DNA of 64,000 nucleotides from a virus (Duplodnaviria; Heunggongvirae; Uroviricota; Caudoviricetes). Below are positions 9,543 to 19,087 of the stretch, piece after piece; position 1 is the first letter of the stretch, and every line of letters begins with the position of its first letter. Both the position numbers and the translations under genes were made by a program. The notes under the pieces were generated by a model that searched no databases, was not told the origin of the DNA, and worked only from the letters and a program-made list of their open reading frames with translations. The stretch lies in the IMG/VR virus record IMGVR_UViG_3300008262_000052. One strand, written 5' to 3'.

Positions 9543-12422
9543 ATGAAAGACTTCATTATTCCCTCGGACCGCGATTTTGGCACGCCCTATGTGCGTTCGA
9601 CCGCTACGGTGACCCTGAACATCGACGGGTTCGATGTGACCGTGCCCAAAGACACCAGCATAATGCGAGCCGCCGCCGAGATTGGCATCACAGTGCCAAA
9701 GCTGTGCGCGACCGACAACCTTGAGGCCTTTGGCTCCTGCCGCCTGTGCCTTGTGGAAATCGAAGGCCGCAATGGCACGCCCGCCTCTTGCACCACGCCC
9801 GTTGCCCCCGGCATCCGGGTGAAAACCCAAACCGGCAATCTGAAACAACTGCGTCGCGGCGTAATGGAGTTGTATATCTCGGACCACCCGCTGGACTGCC
9901 TGACCTGCTCGGCCAATGGCGATTGCGAGTTGCAGGACATGGCTGGTGCCGTCGGCCTGCGCGATGTGCGCTATGAGGCGATCGACACCCACTTCCGCGC
10001 CAAGAACAACTCTGGCGAGGCCAATCCGCAGTGGAAAGCCAAGGACGAGAGCAACCCCTACTTCACCTATGACCCGGCGAAATGCATCGTCTGCTCGCGC
10101 TGTGTGCGGGCTTGTGAAGAGGTGCAGGGCACCTTTGCGCTGACCATCGAAGGTCGAGGCTTTGACAGCCGTGTGTCGTTCGGTGCAAAAACCGATGATG
10201 CGCTGGCCTCGGATTGCGTGTCCTGCGGTGCCTGCGTACAAGCCTGCCCGACAGCGACCTTGCAGGAAAAGTCGATCATCGAAATCGGCACACCGGAACG
10301 CTCTGTCATCACCACCTGCGCCTATTGCGGTGTGGGTTGCCAGTTTAAAGCTGAACTGCGCGGCGACGAGCTGGTGCGGATGGTCCCTTACAAGCACGGC
10401 AAGGCCAACCGTGGCCATTCCTGCGTCAAGGGCCGCTTTGCCTATGGCTATGCCTCCCACCAAGACCGCATCCTGTCGCCGATGATCCGCGACAGCATCA
10501 ACGACCCGTGGAAAGAAGTCTCGTGGGCCGAGGCGATGGAATTCGCCGCGAACCGCATGAAGGGCATAATTTCCAAATACGGGCAAAAGTCCGTGGGTGT
10601 GATCACCTCGTCGCGCTGCACCAATGAAGAAACCTATCTGGTGCAGAAACTGACTCGAGCAGTGTTCCTGAACAACAACACTGACACCTGCGCCCGCGTC
10701 TGCCATTCGCCCACCGGTTATGGCTTGGGTCAGACTCTTGGTACCAGTGCTGGAACGCAAGACTTTGATTCGGTAGAATATACAGATGTGGCCATTGTGA
10801 TTGGAGCCAATCCTGCTGTAGGTCACCCGGTCTTTGCAAGCCGTCTAAAAAAACGCCTGCGTAAAGGAGCGAAACTGATAGTCATTGACCCTCGCCGCAC
10901 TGAAATTGTAGTAAGCCCGCATATCAAAGCAGTACATCACCTTGCACTTACACCAGGCACCAACGTGGCCATGGTCACCGCACTGGCGCATGTGATCGTG
11001 ACCGAAAAGCTCTACAACGAAGAGTTCATCCGCACCCGCTGCGACTGGGATGAATTCCAAGACTATGCCGAGTTTGTCAGCCGCCCGAACCATTCGCCCG
11101 AAGCGGTGGAAATCCTAACCGGCGTCAAGGCCGAGGATGTCCGCGCCGCGGCCCGCACCTATGCCACCGGCGGCAACGGCTCGATCTACTACGGTCTGGG
11201 CGTGACGGAACATTCGCAAGGCTCGACCACCGTGATCGGCATTGCAAACTTGGCGATGATGACCGGCAACATTGGCCGTCCGGGCGTGGGTGTGAACCCG
11301 CTGCGTGGCCAAAACAACGTGCAAGGCTCGTGCGACATGGGATCCTTCCCGCACGAACTGCCGGGTTACCGCCATGTGAAGAACGACGATGTACGGGCAA
11401 TCTATGAAAACCTCTGGGGCGTGAAGATCGATAATGAGCCGGGCCTGCGTATCCCCAACATGCTGGATGCCGCCGTGGAGGGCACCTTCAAGGGGTTGTA
11501 CTGCCAAGGCGAAGACATCCTGCAATCTGACCCGGACACCAAGCACGTTGCGGCAGGTCTGGCAGCGATGGAATGCGTGATCGTGCATGACCTGTTCCTG
11601 AACGAGACCGCAAACTACGCCCATGTGTTCTTCCCTGGATCGAGTTTCTTGGAAAAGGACGGCACCTTTACCAACACTGAGCGCCGCATCAACATGGTAC
11701 GCAAGGTAATGGCTCCGAAGCCGGGTTATGCCGATTGGGAAGTCACCCAGTTGTTCGCTAACGCAATGGGTGCCAACTGGAACTACACCCACCCGGTGCA
11801 GATCATGGAAGAGATTGCCATGACCACGCCGTCCTTCGCCGGTGTCAGCTATGACAAGATCGAAGAGATGGGCTCGGTCCAGTGGCCCTGCAACGAAAAA
11901 GCGCCTGAAGGCACGCCTTTGATGCACGTCGATGCCTTCGTGCGTGGCAAAGGTCGGTTCATCAACACCGAATATATTGCCACTGATGAACGCACTGGCC
12001 CGCGTTTCCCGCTGCTACTCACCACGGGCCGTATCCTGTCGCAGTACAACGTGGGCGCCCAAACACGCCGCACAGCGAACAGTATATGGCATACTGAAGA
12101 TTTGTTGGAAATCCATCCCCACGATGCTGAAGTGCGCGGTGTCAAAGAGGGTGATTGGGTGCGTCTGGCCTCACGTGCCGGGGAAACCACCCTGCGAGCA
12201 ACACTGACCGACAAAGTCAATCCGGGCGTGGTCTACACCACCTTCCACCACCCCGACACCCAAGCCAATGTTATCACCACCGATTTCAGCGATTGGGCTA
12301 CCAACTGTCCAGAATACAAGGTTACGGCAGTTCAGGTGTCGCCCTCCAACGGCCCGTCGAAATGGCAAGAGGAATACAACGCTCAAGCCACTCTCTCACG
12401 TCGTATTGCAGCAGCGAAATGA
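9543..12422 (+). CDS. fdsA: formate dehydrogenase alpha subunit (FdsA/FdhF-type with N-terminal 2Fe-2S, 4Fe-4S and molybdopterin domains)
   Basis: N-terminus TVTLNIDGFDVTVPKDTSIMRAAAEIGITVPKLCATDNLEAFGSCRLCLVEIEGR (2Fe-2S NuoG-like). CxxCxxC ferredoxin motifs (CIVCSRCVRACEE, CVSCGACVQACP). Molybdopterin oxidoreductase body about 960 aa. About 60% GC against about 37% for the flanks. The true start is the ATG at 9543, because the upstream part of ORF 9414 is AT-rich phage DNA in frame by chance. Confidence 0.9.
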   Translation: MKDFIIPSDRDFGTPYVRSTATVTLNIDGFDVTVPKDTSIMRAAAEIGITVPKLCATDNLEAFGSCRLCLVEIEGRNGTPASCTTPVAPGIRVKTQTGNLKQLRRGVMELYISDHPLDCLTCSANGDCELQDMAGAVGLRDVRYEAIDTHFRAKNNSGEANPQWKAKDESNPYFTYDPAKCIVCSRCVRACEEVQGTFALTIEGRGFDSRVSFGAKTDDALASDCVSCGACVQACPTATLQEKSIIEIGTPERSVITTCAYCGVGCQFKAELRGDELVRMVPYKHGKANRGHSCVKGRFAYGYASHQDRILSPMIRDSINDPWKEVSWAEAMEFAANRMKGIISKYGQKSVGVITSSRCTNEETYLVQKLTRAVFLNNNTDTCARVCHSPTGYGLGQTLGTSAGTQDFDSVEYTDVAIVIGANPAVGHPVFASRLKKRLRKGAKLIVIDPRRTEIVVSPHIKAVHHLALTPGTNVAMVTALAHVIVTEKLYNEEFIRTRCDWDEFQDYAEFVSRPNHSPEAVEILTGVKAEDVRAAARTYATGGNGSIYYGLGVTEHSQGSTTVIGIANLAMMTGNIGRPGVGVNPLRGQNNVQGSCDMGSFPHELPGYRHVKNDDVRAIYENLWGVKIDNEPGLRIPNMLDAAVEGTFKGLYCQGEDILQSDPDTKHVAAGLAAMECVIVHDLFLNETANYAHVFFPGSSFLEKDGTFTNTERRINMVRKVMAPKPGYADWEVTQLFANAMGANWNYTHPVQIMEEIAMTTPSFAGVSYDKIEEMGSVQWPCNEKAPEGTPLMHVDAFVRGKGRFINTEYIATDERTGPRFPLLLTTGRILSQYNVGAQTRRTANSIWHTEDLLEIHPHDAEVRGVKEGDWVRLASRAGETTLRATLTDKVNPGVVYTTFHHPDTQANVITTDFSDWATNCPEYKVTAVQVSPSNGPSKWQEEYNAQATLSRRIAAAK

Positions 12423-12554
12423 CGAACAAGCATACACAAAAAAGTTCTTGACTGGTTGACTGTTTTAGCATATAAATAACTTGTGATGTTGAAGTTCACT
12501 GAACACGGATGAGACCCGGGGGCGGCACCCGGCAGGTCCACCATAAGAAGACTG

Positions 12555-12716
12555 ATGATGTATGTATATTACGATGAGAGTAAAGACAGAAGCGAAGATC
12601 TTGATTGGAAAAAGTACTGTGATGAACAGGTACCGACTGAGCAAGAACAGATCTTTTGGGGTAATGTAAGTATTATATTTGTTTTAGTATTAGGATTAAT
12701 CGCAGTATTTTTATGA
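12555..12716 (+). CDS. small single-TM protein (53 aa)
   Basis: ATGATG start downstream of a TATAAATA box at 12469. Hydrophobic C-terminus IIFVLVLGLIAVFL. Confidence 0.3.
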   Translation: MMYVYYDESKDRSEDLDWKKYCDEQVPTEQEQIFWGNVSIIFVLVLGLIAVFL

Positions 12717-12900
12717 TGGGCCTGACATAGGATCGATCAACGAACTAGGCAGGATGGAGTCACCGGGATCTAAGCGCCGTTACCGCGAAGAAAATGACAA
12801 CTGCAAATGAAAATTTTGCACCTTCTGAGTTTGCTCTAGCAGCATAACTACAGGGCGCCCGGGGAGAGCGTAGCAACAGAATCTCCTCATAAATACTATT

Positions 12901-13056
12901 ATGCACACAGATTACTATGTTTACGAATACCTGCGAGAAGATGGCACTCCCTACTATGTAGGCAAAGGTCGTTGTGGAAGATATAAAGAACGTCACGTCA
13001 CTCTAAAGCCAACAGTGGAACAGCCAAAGAAAAACACTCGTCGTAAAACTAAATAG
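12901..13056 (+). pseudogene. GIY-YIG homing-endonuclease N-terminal fragment (51 aa)
   Basis: YYVYEYLREDGTPYYVGKG...R..Y matches the GIY-(10)-YIG plus conserved Arg half-motif. The ORF stops before the catalytic Glu/Asn region. Confidence 0.4.
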
Positions 13057-13060
13057 TTGT

Positions 13061-13264
13061 ATGGACGACAACGATAACCCAGCACCAGAAGAAAAATTTG
13101 AAATCAGCCTAAGACTGTTGGGCAATGAAATCATTGCTATGGCACTGCTGAGTCAAAGCAAAAAGAAAAATTGGGTTTTATTTGGTTTACTTGCATTCAT
13201 ACTGATTACTGTCATACTTGAAAGACTGGTACCAGTAATTGAAAAAATGCAAGGTGTTATGTAA
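13061..13264 (+). CDS. small membrane protein
   Basis: Hydrophobic helix WVLFGLLAFILITVIL. Confidence 0.35.
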   Translation: MDDNDNPAPEEKFEISLRLLGNEIIAMALLSQSKKKNWVLFGLLAFILITVILERLVPVIEKMQGVM

Positions 13265-13413
13265 CTGTTGCACATTGAACACACATTTAAAAAGCATTTT
13301 CAAAAAACCCTAGATATCTGTTCAAACTAGTTGTATTTTACAGAATATCTGTTATAACTAATATTACGAATGAGCAAGAAATTTGCCATTATAATAACAA
13401 AGGGAAAAACTTT

Positions 13414-14205
13414 ATGAAACTATTACTTACTACTGTTGCAGCCATTGCATTTGCTGGTGCTGCATTTGCTGCTGATTTTGGCGGCACTGTTGGCGCTGAA
13501 TTCACCAAAAACGTTGCTGGCAATTTTGTTGCAACTCCAACTGTTGAATTGTCATTTGGTCACAAAGCCGAAGGCGCAACTGCATTTGGCGCTGTTGGCG
13601 TAGAAGCAGACGGCAGCGATCTTGTTGTTGACTCGTGGCATGTTGGTGTAGCATTTGGCGGCACTAGTGTTAGTTTTGGCGATCAAGGCGACTTGTTTGG
13701 CTTTGGCGGCTTAGAAGTTGTTGGCGGCGATACTCTTGCTGATCCAGCAGACGATCACGAGAGTGTGATTGTTAGCCACGGTGCAGTTGAAGTTCTTGTT
13801 GGTTTAACTGACATCAGCACCAATGTAGGCGACATTGAAAACGTTCAGATTGCTTATAGCAACGACTACGGTAAGATTGATGTAGCCGGAGCACTTGACT
13901 ACAATCTTGACACCGAGGACACTACTGTTGCAGTAGCAACTGGTGTTGATGTTAGCGAAGCACTTTATGCTAACGTAACTGTTACTTATGCTGATGAATT
14001 TGCTTATGAAGCAATGGGTACTTACGGTGCAATGGACGCACTAGACGTTTCTGCTTTCATCAACGGTGACGAAACCGACATGGCACAGAACATCGGTGCT
14101 GGCGTTGTCTACACCAAGGATAGCCTAAGTGCATTTGCTGAAGTTGGTTACAATCTAGACACTGAAGAAACTACTCCTGCAATTGGCGTATCATTTAACT
14201 TCTAA
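13414..14205 (+). CDS. secreted beta-barrel / porin-like protein
   Basis: Signal peptide MKLLLTTVAAIAFAGAAFA|ADFGG. Gly/Ala/Val-rich alternating pattern. C-terminal ...GVSFNF with terminal Phe as in OM beta-barrels. Strong RBS AAAGGG. Followed by a strong terminator. Confidence 0.5.
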   Translation: MKLLLTTVAAIAFAGAAFAADFGGTVGAEFTKNVAGNFVATPTVELSFGHKAEGATAFGAVGVEADGSDLVVDSWHVGVAFGGTSVSFGDQGDLFGFGGLEVVGGDTLADPADDHESVIVSHGAVEVLVGLTDISTNVGDIENVQIAYSNDYGKIDVAGALDYNLDTEDTTVAVATGVDVSEALYANVTVTYADEFAYEAMGTYGAMDALDVSAFINGDETDMAQNIGAGVVYTKDSLSAFAEVGYNLDTEETTPAIGVSFNF

Positions 14206-14225
14206 TCTACGCTAAAATACAAAGT

Positions 14226-14262
14226 CAAAAAGGGTCCTATAAAATAGAACCCTTTTTTTTTT
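14226..14262 (+). terminator. rho-independent terminator
   Basis: AAAGGGTC-loop-GAACCCTTTTTTTTTT hairpin with a T10 run. Confidence 0.8.
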
Positions 14263-14298
14263 GTATTCAATAAATACCTACATAATGGAGGATCGGCA

Positions 14299-14556
14299 AT
14301 GGCCAAAAAAGGCGGAAAGAGTTCGGGTTTTACATCTCAAGGACTTCACAGCAATGTTTCAGCAAGAATTACAAATCAGTTAAGAAGCGAGTATCTTGCA
14401 TCTAGCGAGCGTGTAATAAATCAATTACAGGCCTGGAAAAAGAACAAGAATGTAGTTCTTACTATCGAAAATCCAAACAAGAACGAAACTAACAAGCGAT
14501 TTATCAAAGTCAAAGCATTTGACTATTGGGGTTCTCCAAAGAAGTTTCAATCTTAA
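14299..14556 (+). CDS. hypothetical protein
   Basis: RBS GGAGGA, basic 85 aa. Confidence 0.45.
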   Translation: MAKKGGKSSGFTSQGLHSNVSARITNQLRSEYLASSERVINQLQAWKKNKNVVLTIENPNKNETNKRFIKVKAFDYWGSPKKFQS

Positions 14557-14557
14557 G

Positions 14558-14586
14558 TTGACATCGGGCTCCATATGTGTTACAGT
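14558..14586 (+). promoter_or_regulatory. sigma70-like promoter TTGACA-N17-TACAGT embedded in a palindrome
   Basis: TTGACA at 14558, TACAGT at 14581. GGGCTCCATA (14565-74) and TATGGAGCC (14599-607) form a 9/10 inverted repeat spanning the -10 box to the SD. Confidence 0.45.
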
Positions 14587-14612
14587 ATTTGTATCAACTA
14601 TGGAGCCTTTCT

Positions 14613-14990
14613 ATGAGTATGCACCTTGTGGGACCATACCTTACTACTACAAAATACAATTCAAAGAAGAAGACTTCTAACAGTAAAAAGTTAGAAGCCG
14701 CAAAAGCAGATCATGAAACGTGGCTTAAGAAAATGGGTGTAGGCAAAGCAAAATTGCCTGTGGACAAAAAAGGTCAACGTGTAGGCATTTACGATATTCC
14801 TGATTATTCAACTGGTCCTAGAATGACCAGCGATCGTGTAGCAGGTCACGGGCCTGCTAAAGAACCTATGGTTTATAGCGGAGAACGTCAACTGCTTGGT
14901 GTCGCTACAATGCATAAAAGCAATATGGTTCCTATCTTTGCAGACAAGAAACAAGATGCAACAGATATTGCACAAATGCGTAGAAATTAA
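14613..14990 (+). CDS. hypothetical protein
   Basis: Start moved to the ATG 6 nt after the GGAG SD (internal Met of ORF 14577). Confidence 0.45.
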   Translation: MSMHLVGPYLTTTKYNSKKKTSNSKKLEAAKADHETWLKKMGVGKAKLPVDKKGQRVGIYDIPDYSTGPRMTSDRVAGHGPAKEPMVYSGERQLLGVATMHKSNMVPIFADKKQDATDIAQMRRN

Positions 14991-15030
14991 TCTACTGCTA
15001 TATTGCTAAAAATGGTAGGATAAATATTAC

Positions 15031-16800
15031 ATGGGTTTAGGAATTCTTACAATGCTAACAGCATTGAGTATCAGTGCTGTTGCAATATACTATTCTGTTG
15101 CAGGTCTCGTAGCAATATTTGCTGCGGCAGCAGTGCCTATCATCATAATGGGCAGTATACTTGAAATAGCAAAATTAGTTACCGTAGTGTGGTTACACTA
15201 TTATTGGGAACATGCAGTATGGTGGTTAAAAACTTATCTAACCATATCTGTTGCTGTTCTGATGTTGATCACATCGATGGGTATTTTTGGATTTTTGTCC
15301 AAAGCACACATCGATCAAACTGCCAGTGCCAAAGACGGTCTAGCAAGATTAGAACAGATAGACAGTCAAATACTTAGACAACAAGACGTCATTGCCAAGG
15401 CAGAGCAAGAAATCGAACAACTTGAAGTAGCCGGCACAGATCGCGACACAGAAATACAAGCACAGATTGACAAAGAACAAGAACGTATCGACAGTGCATA
15501 CACTCGTATTCAACCAGCAATTGATGAACAAAACGTTATTATCACCAAAGAAGAACAACGCCTTGGCGGTGGACTATCTTTGTATGAAGACCAACTAAAC
15601 ACAATCACTGGCAATCTACAAAGCATAGAACAATACATTGCAACTGACAACATCAAAGCATTACAAGCATTGGTAGGTGTTCGTGCAGATGGTCAATTAG
15701 GTCCTGCAACTACACAAGCAATTGACTCATACAGAACTGCACAGACTGCTGAAAAACAACGTCTAGCAGAATTAATTGCACAAGAAAGCAGTAAACTATC
15801 ATCACCTGTAATTGATACTGCTCGAGCAGAGATTCAAAGACTACGCAGTTTAGCCGAAACAGAGATTGCAAACTCCAACGAATTAATCAACAGACTTAGA
15901 CAGCAACTAGGTGTAACCGACGAAGCAAAAGTTGCTGCTCAAGTAGAAAAACAAAATAAGATTATTGTCGAGGCTGAAACTGTTGTATCTGCCTTAACAG
16001 AACAGAAATATGGACTTGAGTCTGAATATAGAAAACTAGAAGCAGAAGTAGGTCCTATCAAGTATCTTGCAGAATTTGTATACGGCAAATCTGAAGATAA
16101 AGATCTTTTAGAAGAAGCAGTCCGTTGGGTAATTATTTTAATTATTTTTGTGTTTGATCCATTGGCTGTGTTACTTCTAATTGCAAGTCAGCACACATTT
16201 AATTTTCAAAGAGAACTTCGCAAGGAGTCTCTTCGGCAAAACAGTGTTGATACAAACAAGGATGTAAACAATGATGTATCTGATAGACCTGATAATGAAC
16301 AATCAGATAGTAAAACACCCGCAGCCAGTACAACAAGCGATAGTACTGCCAGCACCACCTCAGAGAACGCCAGCACCGACGATAAAGGATCTGAGACGGA
16401 TGATACCATGTCTGGAACAAGATCTCAAAACGGAGGACTAATCGATGATGGACCTATACAGAAAATTAACGCTGATGCAGATGCAGGCCTGGGAGAACTT
16501 CGTGCAGAAGACCCTGCTACCACCGCAATTGAAGATGATGCAGGATTGGAATCGAGTGAAGTACCAATTGATGCAGATAGACAAAAGCGAATAGACGAAC
16601 TAGTTGCTATTGAAAATCAAGCAGACACTAAACTTGCCAAGATACAGTGGAAACAAGATCATCCAGACTTGACCATCAAAGAGTTTAAAGAAGCATATAT
16701 AAATGGTGAGATAGATAGTCTACCTTGGGAAGGGTATTCTCAAAACTCCGAGCAAAGTGAAAACAGCATCTGGCGTAAAATAAGAAACAAAGATGAATGA
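15031..16800 (+). CDS. membrane protein with coiled-coil and peptidoglycan-binding-like domain
   Basis: Four N-terminal TM helices. LVGVRADGQLGPATTQAIDSYR matches a PG_binding_1-type motif. Long coiled coil. A second TM segment (VIILIIFVFDPLAVLLLIAS). Acidic Ser/Thr-rich tail. Confidence 0.55.
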   Translation: MGLGILTMLTALSISAVAIYYSVAGLVAIFAAAAVPIIIMGSILEIAKLVTVVWLHYYWEHAVWWLKTYLTISVAVLMLITSMGIFGFLSKAHIDQTASAKDGLARLEQIDSQILRQQDVIAKAEQEIEQLEVAGTDRDTEIQAQIDKEQERIDSAYTRIQPAIDEQNVIITKEEQRLGGGLSLYEDQLNTITGNLQSIEQYIATDNIKALQALVGVRADGQLGPATTQAIDSYRTAQTAEKQRLAELIAQESSKLSSPVIDTARAEIQRLRSLAETEIANSNELINRLRQQLGVTDEAKVAAQVEKQNKIIVEAETVVSALTEQKYGLESEYRKLEAEVGPIKYLAEFVYGKSEDKDLLEEAVRWVIILIIFVFDPLAVLLLIASQHTFNFQRELRKESLRQNSVDTNKDVNNDVSDRPDNEQSDSKTPAASTTSDSTASTTSENASTDDKGSETDDTMSGTRSQNGGLIDDGPIQKINADADAGLGELRAEDPATTAIEDDAGLESSEVPIDADRQKRIDELVAIENQADTKLAKIQWKQDHPDLTIKEFKEAYINGEIDSLPWEGYSQNSEQSENSIWRKIRNKDE

Positions 16801-17182
16801 AATTACTGTAATTACACCTCCGGATGTGTTATACAATGATGTATTATCAATATTAGTAATACATCCTAGAGATGAACTTAAATCTATACTCAACAACATT
16901 TTAATAAACGCTGTAGAACCAGTTAATTTGTTTTTATACGAATTAAAAGCCGATCACGATATTGAATGGTTATTGGCACAGGTTAAAAGATGTGATGTAG
17001 TTGTTCTAGATTTAGATAGTACAGAACCATTTACATACGAATTCGCATCTTATATTATTGCACAGCCAAATACTTTTTACTTGACAAGTGACAATATTAC
17101 ACCATATAATTTATTAAGCAAGAACAGAATTTACGATTTGTCTTGGTTAGAAACAGTTTTAAACAGAGGAAATAATGAGTAA
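16793..17182 (+). CDS. hypothetical protein
   Basis: ATGA-coupled ORF. Confidence 0.45.
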   Translation: MNEITVITPPDVLYNDVLSILVIHPRDELKSILNNILINAVEPVNLFLYELKADHDIEWLLAQVKRCDVVVLDLDSTEPFTYEFASYIIAQPNTFYLTSDNITPYNLLSKNRIYDLSWLETVLNRGNNE

Positions 17183-17402
17183 ACATCAATCTACTGACAG
17201 TGCAAAAGGATTTCGAGTTGAGGTCTATGGCAATGATATTTCAAAAGCATTGCGTAAACTTAAAAAGAAATTAGCCGATGATGGCATTTTTCAAGAACTC
17301 CGTAATCGCGAAGCCTTTGAAAGCAAAGGCACCAAGCGTCGCAAAGCAAAAGAAGCCGCAAAGCGCCGCTATAAAAAAGCACAAGCAAACCGAGAGGTTT
17401 GA
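17175..17402 (+). CDS. rpsU: ribosomal protein S21 (bS21) homologue
   Basis: 75 aa. ALRKLKKKLADDGIFQELRNREAFESKGTKRRKAKEAAKRRYKK parallels bacterial S21 (ALRRFKR...GVLAE.RRREFYEKP...RKRAK..A.KR). Confidence 0.8.
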   Translation: MSKHQSTDSAKGFRVEVYGNDISKALRKLKKKLADDGIFQELRNREAFESKGTKRRKAKEAAKRRYKKAQANREV

Positions 17403-17411
17403 TATACAAAC

Positions 17412-18536
17412 ATGCGGTTAGAAACCGACGTTAAATTAGATTATAAGGACGTTCTTATTCGTCCTAAAAGAAGCACACTAGGCAGTCGTAGTGAAGTAGA
17501 CCTAGAACGTAGATTTAGTTTTAGAAATTACGTTCCGAGATTTCCAGATAACATCGAAGATTACCACTATCGTGGCGTTCCTATTATGGCCGCTAACATG
17601 GACGGTGTTGGCACATTTGACATGGCTGACACACTAGCAAAATCCGGTACATTTACTTGCCTTGTTAAAACATACAGTGCTCAAGAACTTATAGATTTCT
17701 TTAAAGGCAACAGCATTCGTACTGAACATGTTGCTATGAGCATTGGCGTTAGCAATGCAGACTACGACAAATTTTGCAAGGTTTATCTTAATGTTAGCGA
17801 ACAACTAAAGTATCTGTGTATTGACGTTGCAAATGGTTACACAGAAACATTTGTAAATCATGTACGAAATATTCGCGAACGTTATCCACATATTGTAATC
17901 ATTGCTGGTAATGTTGTTACTGGCGAAATGACAGAGGAATTAATTCTTGCTGGAGCAGATATTGTTAAAGTCGGCATTGGTCCTGGCAGTGTTTGTACTA
18001 CTCGTATACAAACTGGGGTCGGCTATCCCCAACTATCCGCCATCATCGAGTGTGCGGATGCTGCTCATGGTCTTGGTGGTCATGTTATTGCCGATGGCGG
18101 TTGTACTTGCCCTGGCGATGTTGCTAAAGCCTTTGCTGCTGGTGCTGACTTTGTGATGCTGGGCGGGATGCTGGCCGGACATGATGAAGGCGGTGGTGAA
18201 GTCATTGCCAAATACTACCGAACAAATCAACTACAGCACGATGGTGTAAATCTTGTTGTAGAAGAAAAACGGTTTGTCAAGTTCTATGGTATGAGCAGTA
18301 AAGCAGCAAACGACAAACATTTTGGCGGCTTGAAAGATTATCGAGCGTCAGAAGGCAGGGAGGTGTTAGTGCCTTACAGAGGTCCTGTGAACAACACAGT
18401 ACAGGAACTGCTTGGCGGTATTAGATCTACCTGCACATATGCAGGCGCTAAGACATTAAAACAACTTAGCAAATGCACAACCTTTGTTCGTGTAACACAA
18501 CAATTTAACGGTGTGTATGCGAACAATGGTAAATAA
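17412..18536 (+). CDS. guaC: GMP reductase
   Basis: Near-collinear with bacterial GuaC: [82 protein letters not shown]. Confidence 0.92.
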   Translation: MRLETDVKLDYKDVLIRPKRSTLGSRSEVDLERRFSFRNYVPRFPDNIEDYHYRGVPIMAANMDGVGTFDMADTLAKSGTFTCLVKTYSAQELIDFFKGNSIRTEHVAMSIGVSNADYDKFCKVYLNVSEQLKYLCIDVANGYTETFVNHVRNIRERYPHIVIIAGNVVTGEMTEELILAGADIVKVGIGPGSVCTTRIQTGVGYPQLSAIIECADAAHGLGGHVIADGGCTCPGDVAKAFAAGADFVMLGGMLAGHDEGGGEVIAKYYRTNQLQHDGVNLVVEEKRFVKFYGMSSKAANDKHFGGLKDYRASEGREVLVPYRGPVNNTVQELLGGIRSTCTYAGAKTLKQLSKCTTFVRVTQQFNGVYANNGK

Positions 18537-18589
18537 AAGTGGAACGCCACTTGGGTTCCAGAAGATCTTGCTTTAAAAGGAGATAAAAA

Positions 18590-19039
18590 ATGACAAGACT
18601 TACAACTCTAGACTTACCTTCATTTCACCGTGCCACAGTTGGCTTTGATAGAATCTTTCATGATTTAGAACGTCAATTTGCTAACTCACAAAGCACAAGT
18701 AACTATCCTCCATACAACGTTGCAGAAATCAATGAGAACGAATGGATGATCTCTATTGCAGTTGCGGGATTTGGTATGGACAACCTCGACATTGTTCTTG
18801 ATAAGAACACGTTGACTGTTGAGGGTACACCACCAAAGGGTGACGAGGAAGTAAAGTATCTACACAAAGGAATTGCTGGTCGCGTATTCCGTAGAGCCTT
18901 TACACTAGCCGAGCATGTCGAAGTTGCCAATGCAACACTCGAACTTGGTATGTTAAACATTCATCTAGTGCGAAATGTTCCAGAAGCATTGCAGCCTAAG
19001 AAGATTGCTATTGAAATACCAAATCTAATTCAAGGCTAA
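18590..19039 (+). CDS. small heat-shock protein (Hsp20/IbpA family)
   Basis: Alpha-crystallin domain pattern NYPPYNV.E..ENEW.ISIAVAGF...L.I.L....L.V.G.. Confidence 0.85.
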   Translation: MTRLTTLDLPSFHRATVGFDRIFHDLERQFANSQSTSNYPPYNVAEINENEWMISIAVAGFGMDNLDIVLDKNTLTVEGTPPKGDEEVKYLHKGIAGRVFRRAFTLAEHVEVANATLELGMLNIHLVRNVPEALQPKKIAIEIPNLIQG

Positions 19040-19046
19040 AAAGTCT

Positions 19047-19068
19047 AGGGGGAGTGATGAGCTCCCCC
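19047..19068 (+). other. GC hairpin between hsp20 and clpS
   Basis: GGGGGAG-TGATGAG-CTCCCCC, a 7-bp perfect stem with no T-run. Confidence 0.4.
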
Positions 19069-19087
19069 ATCAACAAAGGAAAGAAAT

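Noticed and set aside
9516-12220. Multiple long reverse-strand and alternative-frame ORFs (e.g. 9516-10826, 11115-11927, 11849-12220 on the minus strand; 9746-10485 and 11932-12459 on the plus strand) inside the GC-rich island.
   Set aside because: High-GC DNA lacks stop codons in all frames. They overlap the well-supported fdsA frame and have no RBS or motifs. They are artefacts.
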